64,000 bases of DNA from Campylobacterota bacterium (GTDB lineage Bacteria; Campylobacterota; Campylobacteria; Campylobacterales; Arcobacteraceae): contig JBNJFB010000002.1 of the NCBI GenBank assembly GCA_051746405.1, forward strand, positions 17,082-81,081, written 5' to 3'. Positions 29,422-39,719 of this stretch are shown one piece after another. The stretch's first letter is position 1. The number at the start of each line of letters is the position of its first letter. Below the pieces are notes generated by a model. It searched no databases and was not told where the DNA came from. It saw only the letters and a program-made list of their open reading frames with translations. The position numbers and the translations under genes are program-made.

Positions 29422-31557
29422 TTAAGAGGCAGCTTTTTTAACAATGCTCATAGTTTTTTCTCTTTTAATTTGAGCATTAATTATACCAACCACATCTAAA
29501 ATAAGTCCGATACTACCATCACCTCTTACAGTTGCAGCACCAATTCCTTCAACACTTCTAAAGTTTTTATCTAATGGCTTTACAACTACTTGGTGCTGAT
29601 TTAAAAACTCATCAATTGATAAAGCAACTTTTGTATTGCTCGATTTTACAACAATTAACATACCATCTTCAAGATTTTCAAAGCTTTTTTCAATTTCAAA
29701 TAAGTCATGCAATCTAACAACAGGTATAAACTCTTCTCTTAACATAAGTAAGTCTTGTGTTCCATCACCAATTTTTTTAATCATATCAGCACTTGGTTGT
29801 AATGATTCAACAATTGAACTTAATGGTAAAATATATTTTTTATGACCAACTGCAATATCTAAACCATCTAAAATAGCAAGGGTAAGTGGCAACATAATGG
29901 TAATAGTAGTACCCTCACCTGGTGCTGTATCAAGATCAATAGCTCCACCTAATTTTTGAATATTTGTTCTAACAACATCCATACCAACACCTCTTCCAGA
30001 GATATCAGTAATTTCAGCTGCAGTTGTAACACCTGCACCAAATACTAACATAGCTTTTTCTTTATCACTCATTGTTTTCATTTGGTTATCATCAATTTGG
30101 CCATTATCTAAAGCTTTTAAAGCAACTTTTTCCCCATCAATTCCTTTACCATCATCTTCAATAGTAATAATCATTTGACCATTTGCTTGTTCTGCTGAAA
30201 TAATTATAGAACCCGTTTCTGATTTACCAGCTTCAACTCTTTGTTCTGTAGTTTCCAAACCATGGTCAAGTGAGTTTCTAATAATATGCATTAATGGATC
30301 AGTTAAACCCTCAATCATCGCTTTATCAATTTCAACCCCATCACCATAATGTTTAAAATCAACTTTTTTACCAAGTTTTCTTGAGATATCCCTTACAACT
30401 TTAGGGAATTTAGAGTAAATAGACTCCATAGGAACCATTCTTATACTCATAATGGAGTCTTGCATGTCTCTAATATGTCTTTCAAGTAAATCTAATCTTT
30501 CTAATACAGCATTTCTTGTTTTTTGAGCTTCAATTGTTGATGCAAACTGCGTTAACATAGCATTTGTGATTACTAAATCCCCAACATTGTTCATTAATAA
30601 ATCAATCTTATCTAAGTTTACTCTAATATTACTTGTAACAGATGATTTCTTTGCAGGTTTTTTATTTTCACTTGCACTTTTTCTTTCTCTAGTAGGTGCT
30701 TTTTTCACTTCTTGTTTTGGCTCTTGCTTTTTAGTTTCTTGAGTTTTTTCTTCAGCTTTTTCTTGAGGTTTAGTCTCTTGTTTTGACTCTTTTTCTTCTA
30801 TTTCATTTGTTTCCATAACTGAATCAGGTGATATGGAAGGCATATCATCAAAGAAACCAAAATCCTCTTTATCATTTTCAAAAGCGTGAACATCTTCAGT
30901 GTTTTTATCTATATCATTTAACTCATCATCAAAAAAACCATAAGTTTTTGGATTTTCTTCTATATCATCATCTTCAAAGATACCATATGCTTTACTTGTT
31001 TTTTGATCATTTAGCTCTTCATCAAAAAAACCAATATTATCATAAGTGTTTTCAGGCTCTTTTTGTTTTTTCTCTTCTACTTTTTGAACTTCTTGTTTTT
31101 CTTCTTTTTGCTCAGAGTTATCACTATTTGAAGTTTCATTGCTTTGTGCAGGGTTTTCTCCATTAATGTAAGCTTTAATTTCCTCTAACAGTTCAGAAGT
31201 CATATCTTCATAATTCTCTTGAGTTAAATCTTCCGCAACCTCTAAATCAAGTATTTCTTTCATAACATCTAAACCATCAATTAATGTTGTAGCCATATCT
31301 GGAATAAACTTAATTTGATGGTTTCTTAATTTATCCATCATATTTTCAACATGATGAGTAAACTCTGCAAACATAACTAACTCTACTGAAGCACCACTTC
31401 CTTTTAGAGTATGTACATCTCTAAATAGCTGACCCATTTCGTCATCAGTTAACGCTCCATTTCTTTCTGCTTCTAATAGAACATTATCAGCTGACTCAAA
31501 TAACTCCTCAGCTTCTTCTAGGAACATTTCCCTATATTTAGAAATATCAAATGACAT
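29422..31557 (-). CDS. cheA: Chemotaxis histidine kinase
   Basis: HPt (HTLKG), dimerisation domain, HATPase (RNSLDHG, DDGKG, SGRGVGMDVV) and CheW-like domain; no C-terminal REC. Confidence 0.96.
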   Translation of the reverse strand: MSFDISKYREMFLEEAEELFESADNVLLEAERNGALTDDEMGQLFRDVHTLKGSGASVELVMFAEFTHHVENMMDKLRNHQIKFIPDMATTLIDGLDVMKEILDLEVAEDLTQENYEDMTSELLEEIKAYINGENPAQSNETSNSDNSEQKEEKQEVQKVEEKKQKEPENTYDNIGFFDEELNDQKTSKAYGIFEDDDIEENPKTYGFFDDELNDIDKNTEDVHAFENDKEDFGFFDDMPSISPDSVMETNEIEEKESKQETKPQEKAEEKTQETKKQEPKQEVKKAPTRERKSASENKKPAKKSSVTSNIRVNLDKIDLLMNNVGDLVITNAMLTQFASTIEAQKTRNAVLERLDLLERHIRDMQDSIMSIRMVPMESIYSKFPKVVRDISRKLGKKVDFKHYGDGVEIDKAMIEGLTDPLMHIIRNSLDHGLETTEQRVEAGKSETGSIIISAEQANGQMIITIEDDGKGIDGEKVALKALDNGQIDDNQMKTMSDKEKAMLVFGAGVTTAAEITDISGRGVGMDVVRTNIQKLGGAIDLDTAPGEGTTITIMLPLTLAILDGLDIAVGHKKYILPLSSIVESLQPSADMIKKIGDGTQDLLMLREEFIPVVRLHDLFEIEKSFENLEDGMLIVVKSSNTKVALSIDEFLNQHQVVVKPLDKNFRSVEGIGAATVRGDGSIGLILDVVGIINAQIKREKTMSIVKKAAS

Positions 31558-31574
31558 GATAACCCCTTTTTTTA

Positions 31575-31943
31575 TTATCTACTTAAAACTATATTAACTG
31601 CTTTTAACAGTTGATCAGGTACAAAAGGTTTAACAATCCAACCTGTAGCACCTGCAGCTTTACCTTTTGTTTTCATTTCATCACTTCTTTCAGTTGTTAA
31701 AACTAAAATAGGTTTTTTTGAATACTGTGGTAATTTTCTCAGTTCTTCAATTAATGATAAACCATCCATATTTGGCATATTTACATCAGTAATTACTAAA
31801 TCAAACTCTTCAGCTTTAGCTTTTGCTAAACCATCAACTCCGTCAATAGCTTCAGTTACATTTGTATATCCACCCTCATTTAATGCATAATTTAGCATAT
31901 CTCTTAGCATAGTAGAATCATCTACAATTAAAAGCTTAGCCAT
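31575..31943 (-). CDS. cheY: Single-domain response regulator CheY
   Basis: VDD, TDVNMP, LTTE and GATGWIVKPF; first gene of the che operon. Confidence 0.92.
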   Translation of the reverse strand: MAKLLIVDDSTMLRDMLNYALNEGGYTNVTEAIDGVDGLAKAKAEEFDLVITDVNMPNMDGLSLIEELRKLPQYSKKPILVLTTERSDEMKTKGKAAGATGWIVKPFVPDQLLKAVNIVLSR

Positions 31944-32085
31944 TTAAAACCCCTTAGATTAATTAAAAAATTATTTGTAATATACTAACGTAAGATTTAT
32001 TAATATTCGTTTATAATTTAATATATACCTACGCATACCCCAAATATTTGCACATTTAGCGCATATTTGATATTAAATTGTAATA

Positions 32086-32094
32086 ATTCTACCA
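32086..32094 (-). promoter_or_regulatory. Candidate extended -10 promoter of the che operon
   Basis: TGGTAGAAT on the minus strand, downstream of the pnp terminator. Confidence 0.45.
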
Positions 32095-32150
32095 TAAATT
32101 ATAATGTAAGATACTAAAATGATATGTTATTTTTGATTATTTTGAAAGAT

Positions 32151-32180
32151 TTAAATAAAAAGGAGAACCTTTTTATTTAA
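32151..32180 (-). terminator. Rho-independent terminator of pnp
   Basis: Perfect 13-bp inverted repeat TTAAATAAAAAGG-AGAA-CCTTTTTATTTAA just after the pnp stop. Confidence 0.7.
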
Positions 32181-32183
32181 TTT

Positions 32184-34361
32184 TTATAATGAAGCTGAAG
32201 ATAATTCTATTCTGTCTCTTCTAACATTTAATACTTTTATTTCGATAGTATCCCCAACATTTAAAACATCAGAAACATTACTTACTCTCTCTTTAGATAT
32301 TTTTGAGATATGAAGTAGTCCCTCACCACCTTTAGGTAGTGATACAAATGCACCAAAATCAACTATTCTTTCAACTTTTCCATCTAAGATATCATCTGGC
32401 TTATATAAGTTTTCAAAGTTTACACTTTTTGAATCTTTTTTTGATGTTGCATTATTTGAAATTGATTTTATATGTTCACAAGCATCTAAAACATTCTGCT
32501 TAGAACTACCACTAACTTTTACATTACCTGAATCCCTATCTAAATCAATAGCAACAGAGAATTTCTCAATTATTTCTTTTATAGTAGAACCTGCTTTTCC
32601 TATTACAACCATAACTTTACTAGGATCAATTGCAAACTGCTCAACTAATGGTAATGCTTCACTTGGAACAATATCTTCACTAGCTTCATTCATAAGCTTT
32701 AAAATATGCTCTCTTCCCTCTTTTGCTTGCAGTAACGCCTCTTTTAAAACTGATAGTTCAATTCCACCTAGTTTTATATCCATTTGAAGTGCTGTTATTC
32801 CATCATCTGTTCCAGCTACTTTAAAGTCCATATCACCATCATGGTCTTCAAGGCCCATAATATCTGTTAAAACTGAATATTCATCATTTTCTACAACCAT
32901 TCCCATAGCAACACCTGCTACTAAATTAGATACAGGAACACCTGCTGCTTTTAAAGCTAAAGAACCACCACAAACAGTAGCCATAGATGAAGAACCATTT
33001 GATTCTAAGATTTCAGAAACTAATCTTACAGTTTCAAAATAGTCTTTATCAATTGTTGATTCAAGAGCTTTTTTAGCTAAATTTCCATGTCCTAACTCTC
33101 TTCTTCCTACTCCAAATGTAGGCTTAGCTTCTCCAACAGAGAAACCAGGGAAGTTATAGTGAACCATAAAGTTTTCAACTGATGTTGACTTTTCTGTTAA
33201 AACTTCATACATTTGTCCATCTTTAGGGCTTGCTAATGTTGCTATAACCAATGCTTGAGTTTCACCTCTTGTAAATAAACAAGAAGAGTGAGTTGCAGGT
33301 AGTATATTTGTTTCAATACTTATAGGTCTTACATCTTTTAAACCTCTACCATCAGCTCTAACTTTATCTTCAACTATCATCTTTCTTACTAATTCTCTTT
33401 TTACTTGAGTAACAGCTTCATAAACAACATCTTGCTCAATTTCATTCTCTTTACAGTACTCATCTTCAACAATAGTTTTTGTAACATCTTTTAATTGAGT
33501 TGCTCTTTCACTTTTTGCAAGTTTTTTTATTGCCTCTTTTATATCTGAATAGTAGTTATCTCTAACATAATCAATAATCTCTTTTTCAATAACAAACTCA
33601 ACTAACTTCACTTCTTGCTTCTTTTTACTAACACTTTGGAAGCCTTCTTCATAAGTTAAATTTGCCTCTTTTAATGCTGTTTGCGCAACTTCTATGGCCT
33701 TTACTAACTCATCTTCTGTAACTTCATTTGGTTTATGAATTTTAGTAAATGCTTCAATATCAACTTCAACTAACTCCGTAGAGGATATTGACTTCATTTC
33801 AATCATAAGTAACTCATCTTTTGAACCTGCTACATATAAATCAAGTGTAGAATCTTGCATTTGACTAGGAGATGGATTTACAACATACTGCTGTTCAATT
33901 TTACCTACTCTAACAGCACAAACTGATTTTTCAATAGGTAAGTTTGATGTGTAAAGTGCTGCATTCGCAGCATTTAAAGCTAGTGCTTGTAAGTCAACAT
34001 CTTTATCAGCACTTAAAACCATAACTGTAATTGTAGTAGGATAGATATAACCTTTTGGGAAAAGTGGTCTTAAACTTCTATCTATTATTCTTGAAGTTAG
34101 TGTCTCAAAATCACTTGGTTTTGATTCTCTTTTTATAAAACCACCAGGTAGTTTAGCTGCTGCATAAGTTTTTTCAATATACTGTACTGTAAGTGGTGTA
34201 AAATCCTCTTGTGTTGGATTATCAAACTCACTTACAACTGTTGCTAAAATAACTGCATTTCCTAATCTAGCTAAAACTGAACCATTTGCTTGTTTTGCTA
34301 CTTTCTCAAATTCAAAAATCTCTTCTTTTCCATTTAACTCAAAATCACATACTGTTGACAT
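32184..34361 (-). CDS. pnp: Polyribonucleotide nucleotidyltransferase
   Basis: Two RNase PH domains (FTRGETQ, ESNGSSSMA, GDMDFKVAGT), KH and S1. Confidence 0.97.
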   Translation of the reverse strand: MSTVCDFELNGKEEIFEFEKVAKQANGSVLARLGNAVILATVVSEFDNPTQEDFTPLTVQYIEKTYAAAKLPGGFIKRESKPSDFETLTSRIIDRSLRPLFPKGYIYPTTITVMVLSADKDVDLQALALNAANAALYTSNLPIEKSVCAVRVGKIEQQYVVNPSPSQMQDSTLDLYVAGSKDELLMIEMKSISSTELVEVDIEAFTKIHKPNEVTEDELVKAIEVAQTALKEANLTYEEGFQSVSKKKQEVKLVEFVIEKEIIDYVRDNYYSDIKEAIKKLAKSERATQLKDVTKTIVEDEYCKENEIEQDVVYEAVTQVKRELVRKMIVEDKVRADGRGLKDVRPISIETNILPATHSSCLFTRGETQALVIATLASPKDGQMYEVLTEKSTSVENFMVHYNFPGFSVGEAKPTFGVGRRELGHGNLAKKALESTIDKDYFETVRLVSEILESNGSSSMATVCGGSLALKAAGVPVSNLVAGVAMGMVVENDEYSVLTDIMGLEDHDGDMDFKVAGTDDGITALQMDIKLGGIELSVLKEALLQAKEGREHILKLMNEASEDIVPSEALPLVEQFAIDPSKVMVVIGKAGSTIKEIIEKFSVAIDLDRDSGNVKVSGSSKQNVLDACEHIKSISNNATSKKDSKSVNFENLYKPDDILDGKVERIVDFGAFVSLPKGGEGLLHISKISKERVSNVSDVLNVGDTIEIKVLNVRRDRIELSSASL

Positions 34362-34369
34362 AACTATTT

Positions 34370-35026
34370 CTATCCTTTTTTTATTTTTTCTATATCTTCA
34401 AAACTTAACTCTTCTAATGAATCATAATAAAAGTCTATTGCAATAAAATGATCTAACTTTTCAATAAAATATAAATCATCAGCAATTGACTCTATAGTTT
34501 GAACACTTGTACTTGGTAATATTGGTGTTGCAACTGATATAGATTTTGCACCTAAATTAATGGCTGTTTTAATACAAGCCATCATAGTAAGTCCTGTATT
34601 AATACCCTCATCTACTATTAAAACATTTTTATATTCAAACGATAAGTTCTCACTACCATGCCTAAATCTTTCAACATCTAATAAAAGTTTCTCTTCATAC
34701 ATCTGTTTTGATTTTGCATAAATAAAATCTAAACTAATATTAAAGTTTTTAACTAACTCTTCGTGTATTACAACCTCTTCATGCTCAGTTACAATTGCTA
34801 TTTCACACTCATCATTTTGAGGTGCCAAAATTTTTTCACTAAACATTATATCAAGTTTTGCATTTAATGTATCAGCAATAACCTTTGCAATTTCAAATCC
34901 GCCAAAAGAACTAGATAAAACAATCCAATTTTCAAGCTTCATTTGATCAATAGGTAGTATATCAAGTAACCTATAAGCTGCAACTTCTCTATTTTTAAAA
35001 TATATACTGTTTTGTGGACTATTCAT
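34370..35026 (-). CDS. Phosphoribosyltransferase-family protein
   Basis: FKNREVAA start and VLIVDEGINTGLT PRPP loop. Confidence 0.8.
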   Translation of the reverse strand: MNSPQNSIYFKNREVAAYRLLDILPIDQMKLENWIVLSSSFGGFEIAKVIADTLNAKLDIMFSEKILAPQNDECEIAIVTEHEEVVIHEELVKNFNISLDFIYAKSKQMYEEKLLLDVERFRHGSENLSFEYKNVLIVDEGINTGLTMMACIKTAINLGAKSISVATPILPSTSVQTIESIADDLYFIEKLDHFIAIDFYYDSLEELSFEDIEKIKKG

Positions 35027-37137
35027 TAATTATCCTCAAATTCATATTTTTGTTTAACTCCACCTAATGGCTTTAACTGTAACTGTATATATAAAATATT
35101 CTGCTTAATTCCTCTTTGATTTATACTAGTTGATGGTATAACTTCTTTTTCATACTTTAAATTAAGCCCCCAGCATCTTTCATCTATTCCAAAGCCAACA
35201 CCTTGTTTATTTCTAATACTATCTTGGATATTATAGTTTTCATAATAAGTTATAGAGTTTGTATTTGTTATATCATAAGTGGTACTTAACCTATAAGACT
35301 CAAGGTTTTCTAAACCTGAGTTTTCACTCTCTTTTGATTTGTAATAACCCATTGAAAACGTTAAATCATTATAACTATATGAAAAGCTTGCACTATTTTC
35401 AATAAATTTATCATCTTGCATATTATAGATATTTTTAGTACTAACACTACCATAATCGTAGCTATATTTTAAAAAGTTTTCTAAATTTTGAAATTTTGCT
35501 TTTCCATTATCATAAATAATTGATTGAGTTAACCTATGATTAATAATCTCTTTTAAAGACTCACCTTTGAAAAAAGATTGATTTAATGACAGCTCCATTC
35601 TCTCTTGATTTACATTAGTAGGAAAAGGAGATAAAAGCTTTTCTTTATTTGAGTCTTTATCAACTGTTATATTATATAAATCCCCTTTTTCACTAATATT
35701 TTCAGGTTTACTATACTTTGCACTAAGGTTTAAAGTGTGTAAAAAATTATCATAAGGCTTTATTAAATCAGTCCCAACTAAAAAAGAGGTTTCATTTTGA
35801 ATTAATGTACCATCATCTAAGCTTGTATTTGCATTGCTATACTCATACTGATTAATAACAATATTATTTGAAACATTTGCGTATAAATAATCATTAAAAA
35901 AATACTTACTATAACTTACAGGTACACTTAAAGTATAAATATTTGCATTAACCCCCTCTTTTCTTTCATAGTTTGAGTAACCTATATTAGCATTATAAGT
36001 AAGATTATCTAAAAAAGAGAGCTCTTTTGTGTATGAGTGAAGTTGCAGATTTGGTAACTCTTGCAAGGTTTCATCATTGGAGTCTAATTCTGTATCTATA
36101 TAGTATCTTAAATAAGCTCCTCCATAATATTCTGATGTATTATAAAAGTAATTAATCTTTGATTCAACTTTTTTTTCAGTAGATAGATTATCCTCTTCAT
36201 TCTCTATAGTTTTATACTCAATATCATTTAACCAGTTAATTGAAGCATAAAGTCCATCTTGTGTATTACTATTTGAAAAAAGTTTTGTTCTACTATAATC
36301 AATATTAAAACCATAATGCTTTTCATTTTTTAGTTCAAACTCTTTTTGATAATTGCTATTTTCTCTAAAAAAACCTGTCTTAATATCTAGTCTTGAATAT
36401 GGTGAGTCAGCTAGTCTATAATAGGTATAAAGCCCCAAACCCCTATCTGTTCTGATTTGAGGTACAAACTCTAAATCATAGCTTTTTGAAGGGGCATAAT
36501 AGATTGGCTGTGCATAATAAAAGCCTTGATTTTTTGAGTAACCTACAGTTGGGGTTAATAATCCAGTTCTTCTTGACTTATCCGTTGAAAAACCTAAATA
36601 GGGAGTATAGAAAACAGGGATATCTCCTATATATAATCTTGTATTATAGGTATTAAGCCACTTATCTTCCGTATCATAGTTTGCAGATGATACTTTTATA
36701 CTCCAAGCTGGATCAATACAGTCACACGAAGATAAAATTGAACTATCTAAATCCACATCATCAGCTCTTTTTTGTGATTTTTGTGAGTTTATCCATAAGT
36801 TTGTAGTTTTATCCATTATCAATACAGGAGCTTGATCGTAGTTTTCATTATCTAAATCTAAAAAAGCGTAATTACTTTGGGTTTGAAGATTGTTATTTTT
36901 TAAGACAAAAACATCATCAAAAAGTTCAAAACTATTGTTTTTTTTATTATAAATTATTTTGTTTGCAGATATATAATAAGTTTTAGAGAATACTACAACA
37001 TCACCTATTGCTGTTACAATATCACCATCTGTCTTCACATCTTTTGCTAAAAATTGGAATTTCTCTTGTGAACTAACTTCATTTGATAAAGCTAGTGATG
37101 ATAATATTGTTAAAGGTAGAACTATTTTTTTAAGCAT
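35026..37137 (-). CDS. lptD: LPS assembly protein LptD
   Basis: Signal peptide, SSC...PAW, PVFYTPY, RRTGLLTP and CWG near the C-terminus. Confidence 0.9.
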   Translation of the reverse strand: MLKKIVLPLTILSSLALSNEVSSQEKFQFLAKDVKTDGDIVTAIGDVVVFSKTYYISANKIIYNKKNNSFELFDDVFVLKNNNLQTQSNYAFLDLDNENYDQAPVLIMDKTTNLWINSQKSQKRADDVDLDSSILSSCDCIDPAWSIKVSSANYDTEDKWLNTYNTRLYIGDIPVFYTPYLGFSTDKSRRTGLLTPTVGYSKNQGFYYAQPIYYAPSKSYDLEFVPQIRTDRGLGLYTYYRLADSPYSRLDIKTGFFRENSNYQKEFELKNEKHYGFNIDYSRTKLFSNSNTQDGLYASINWLNDIEYKTIENEEDNLSTEKKVESKINYFYNTSEYYGGAYLRYYIDTELDSNDETLQELPNLQLHSYTKELSFLDNLTYNANIGYSNYERKEGVNANIYTLSVPVSYSKYFFNDYLYANVSNNIVINQYEYSNANTSLDDGTLIQNETSFLVGTDLIKPYDNFLHTLNLSAKYSKPENISEKGDLYNITVDKDSNKEKLLSPFPTNVNQERMELSLNQSFFKGESLKEIINHRLTQSIIYDNGKAKFQNLENFLKYSYDYGSVSTKNIYNMQDDKFIENSASFSYSYNDLTFSMGYYKSKESENSGLENLESYRLSTTYDITNTNSITYYENYNIQDSIRNKQGVGFGIDERCWGLNLKYEKEVIPSTSINQRGIKQNILYIQLQLKPLGGVKQKYEFEDN

Positions 37138-37570
37138 TTACAACCAACGTTTTACCAGCAAAATCATGGAAACTTCTTTTCCCGTCTGTAAAAAAAGCTA
37201 ATATAAAACCAATATATACAAACCACTCTGAAATAACTCTACCTATAGCTCTTAATAGTGAAGCAAATAGACTTATTCTATCTAAACTTTCAAAATCAAC
37301 AACTCTTGTTTTTGTAATAATTTTACCCACAGTTGCACCATAATACCAAACAAAAAAAGTATGATATAATACTTTTAACGTAATTAAAGGCACAACTATT
37401 TCAACTTTCATTAAGTAAGCCATGCCATCAACACTATTTCCAACATTTGTAATATTATCCCAAAAAATTGCAATTATGATAAAAGTAACTAGTAAATCAT
37501 CAATAACAAAAGCCATAGCTCTTGCTCTTAATGAAGCTAATTCAAAGTTATCTGAATCTGTATTATTCAT
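37130..37570 (-). CDS. RDD-family membrane protein
   Basis: ASLRARAMAFVID, GATVGK and HDFAGKT. Confidence 0.88.
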   Translation of the reverse strand: MNNTDSDNFELASLRARAMAFVIDDLLVTFIIIAIFWDNITNVGNSVDGMAYLMKVEIVVPLITLKVLYHTFFVWYYGATVGKIITKTRVVDFESLDRISLFASLLRAIGRVISEWFVYIGFILAFFTDGKRSFHDFAGKTLVVNA

Positions 37571-37579
37571 TATTAATCT

Positions 37580-38845
37580 TTAATTTAAAGCTTGATATGC
37601 AATATCAGTTCTACACTTTTTACCAGCAAAATGAACTTGCCCACATAACTCATATGCTCTATTTCTAGCTTCTTTAATTGTAGTACCAAAACCTACACAT
37701 ACAAGAACTCTTCCACCTGTAGCCATTAGTTTTCCATCTTCACTTTTAACACCCGCATAAGAAATATGTGAATTTAAAGCAAGTTTTTCATCAGTAATTT
37801 CATCTACAATAATTTCAGCAGGTTCTGATGAGGAGTACGGGTAGTCTTTACTAGCCATTACGACACCTACTCCATACTCATCTTTTATCTTAATATCTAA
37901 TTTATCAAGCTGCTTTGTAGCACCTTTATAAAATAAATCACTAACAGGAGTTTTCAATAAGGGCATTAATATTTCACACTCAGGGTCACCAAATCTTACA
38001 TTATACTCTAAAATAATTGGCTCACTATTTACAACCATAACACCTATAAATAAAACACCCTCAAAAGGTGCACCCTCTTTTTTCATACCTGCAAGTGTTG
38101 GCTTAATAACCTTTTGTTCTACTTTTTTGTAAATATCATCATTTACTAAAGGTGTTGGTGCATATGCTCCCATACCTCCTGTATTTGGTCCAGTATCCCC
38201 ATCACCTACTCTTTTATGGTCTTGAGCTGCTGGAAGAACTTTATAGTTTTCACCATCACATATAGCAAAAATAGATAACTCATATCCATCTAAATACTCT
38301 TCAACCACTATAGATGTTCCAGCATCACCAAAAGAAGAACCACTTAACATATCAGATGCAGCTTGCTTTGCTTCATCTTTAGTTTGAGCGATAATCACAC
38401 CTTTACCTGCACATAAACCATCTGCTTTTACTACTATTGGCTCATTCATTGTATCTATAAACTCATGAGCCTTTTTTTCACTTTTAGTTTCAATAAACGC
38501 TGCTGTTGGTATGTCGTATTTTTTAAGAATATTTTTCATATATACTTTAGAGCCCTCAAGTTGAGCTGCAGCACGACTAGGTCCAAAAATAGTCAAATCA
38601 TTCTCTTTAAATATATCAACAACACCATCTACTAATGGAGCTTCAGGTCCAACAATTGTTAAATCAATAAAATTATCTTTTGCCCACTTAGCTAATTCAT
38701 TATAGTCACTAATATTTATATTTTCACCTAACTTTGAAGTTGCACCATTTCCTGGCATAAAAAATAGATTATGAGCATTCTCTTTATATATTGCTAATCC
38801 AATAGAGTACTCTCTACCCCCACTACCTAAAATCAATATATTCAC
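37580..38845 (-). CDS. purD: Phosphoribosylamine--glycine ligase
   Basis: GSGGRE, KADGLCAGKGV, QDHKR, GPNTGGMGAY and RFGDPE. Confidence 0.97.
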   Translation of the reverse strand: MNILILGSGGREYSIGLAIYKENAHNLFFMPGNGATSKLGENINISDYNELAKWAKDNFIDLTIVGPEAPLVDGVVDIFKENDLTIFGPSRAAAQLEGSKVYMKNILKKYDIPTAAFIETKSEKKAHEFIDTMNEPIVVKADGLCAGKGVIIAQTKDEAKQAASDMLSGSSFGDAGTSIVVEEYLDGYELSIFAICDGENYKVLPAAQDHKRVGDGDTGPNTGGMGAYAPTPLVNDDIYKKVEQKVIKPTLAGMKKEGAPFEGVLFIGVMVVNSEPIILEYNVRFGDPECEILMPLLKTPVSDLFYKGATKQLDKLDIKIKDEYGVGVVMASKDYPYSSSEPAEIIVDEITDEKLALNSHISYAGVKSEDGKLMATGGRVLVCVGFGTTIKEARNRAYELCGQVHFAGKKCRTDIAYQALN

Positions 38846-38871
38846 GATAATTCCCTTGTATTAAAAATTAA

Positions 38872-39045
38872 AATAGAATCCAAGTAGCCGTTAACCATCA
38901 AATGGCCCTAAAAGCCAAAATATTAGCATAAGAGATGCACTTTAGGAGCAAAAACACAATGAAATGCTGCACACCATGCATCTACAATTACACAAGTAAA
39001 AATATTATCGGACCCTCAACAATGGAAATCCCGTACTACTCAGAT
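38872..39045 (-). ncRNA. ssrS: 6S RNA (Campylobacterota type, overlapping the 'purD RNA motif')
   Basis: On the minus strand 5' ATCTGAGTAG pairs with 3' CTACTTGGAT, with inner stems CCATT/GATGG, AGGGTC/GGCTTT and AGATGCAT/GTGCATCT, giving a rod of about 170 nt. G-U pairs fix the strand. Extended -10 box lies 6 nt upstream, and the position upstream of purD is typical for this phylum. Confidence 0.85.
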
Positions 39046-39051
39046 ATCAGA

Positions 39052-39060
39052 ATTTTATCA
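39052..39060 (-). promoter_or_regulatory. Extended -10 promoter for 6S RNA
   Basis: TGATAAAAT; predicted +1 at 39045 coincides with the first base of the closing stem. Confidence 0.7.
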
Positions 39061-39085
39061 AAATTTATTAAATATCAGTTTAAAT

Positions 39086-39718
39086 TTAAAGTTTAAAGGC
39101 AAGTTTTACACACTCTTGTACTGAGGTTTCTTCACTTATAAAATATTCAATATATTTTGGTAAATATTTAGCAGTTGTTTTACCTATAACAACTGCTTTA
39201 CATGTATCATTCCAATTATAGTTTTTAAAAAAACACTCTACACTAGAAGGTGAAGTAAAAATTATAATTGAGTTATCTTCTATATTTATACTACTTTTTT
39301 TACATACTGTTTCATAAGTAATAATTGAATCCACATCAATACCATTTTCTTTTAGTATTTCTAATAGTGAAGATACAGTTTTTTTTGCTTTTATATATAA
39401 AGCTTTTTTATTTTTAAGCTTATGTAATAACTCATATGCAAACTCATTTCCATGACCACTTTGTCCTACAAACTTCAGTTTTCCACCTAACTGTTCTAAT
39501 GTATCTGCTGTTTTTGAAGCAATTACATAGGAGTCTTTATTTTTCCAATTTGATGTGAGCTTGTCAAGTGAGTATATGGCATTTTTTGATGTGAAAATCA
39601 ATGCATCATATTTATCTAAATTTAGATTCTTAACTTCCAAATAGGCTATTTTAAAAACATCTAAATTAATAGTATTATCAAATTTTAAACTATTTGTTAA
39701 GTAGATATTTCTAGACAA
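39086..39718 (-). CDS. hemD: Uroporphyrinogen-III synthase
   Basis: IFTSKNA, YETV, IFTSPSSV and IGKTTA. Likely TTG start at 39718 right after the der stop; the track start at 39778 overlaps der. Confidence 0.88.
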   Translation of the reverse strand: MSRNIYLTNSLKFDNTINLDVFKIAYLEVKNLNLDKYDALIFTSKNAIYSLDKLTSNWKNKDSYVIASKTADTLEQLGGKLKFVGQSGHGNEFAYELLHKLKNKKALYIKAKKTVSSLLEILKENGIDVDSIITYETVCKKSSINIEDNSIIIFTSPSSVECFFKNYNWNDTCKAVVIGKTTAKYLPKYIEYFISEETSVQECVKLAFKL

Positions 39719-39719
39719 A

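Noticed and set aside
38872..39045. Purine riboswitch upstream of purD
   Set aside because: The rod-shaped fold with a terminal closing stem fits 6S RNA; no purine or ZTP aptamer consensus seen.
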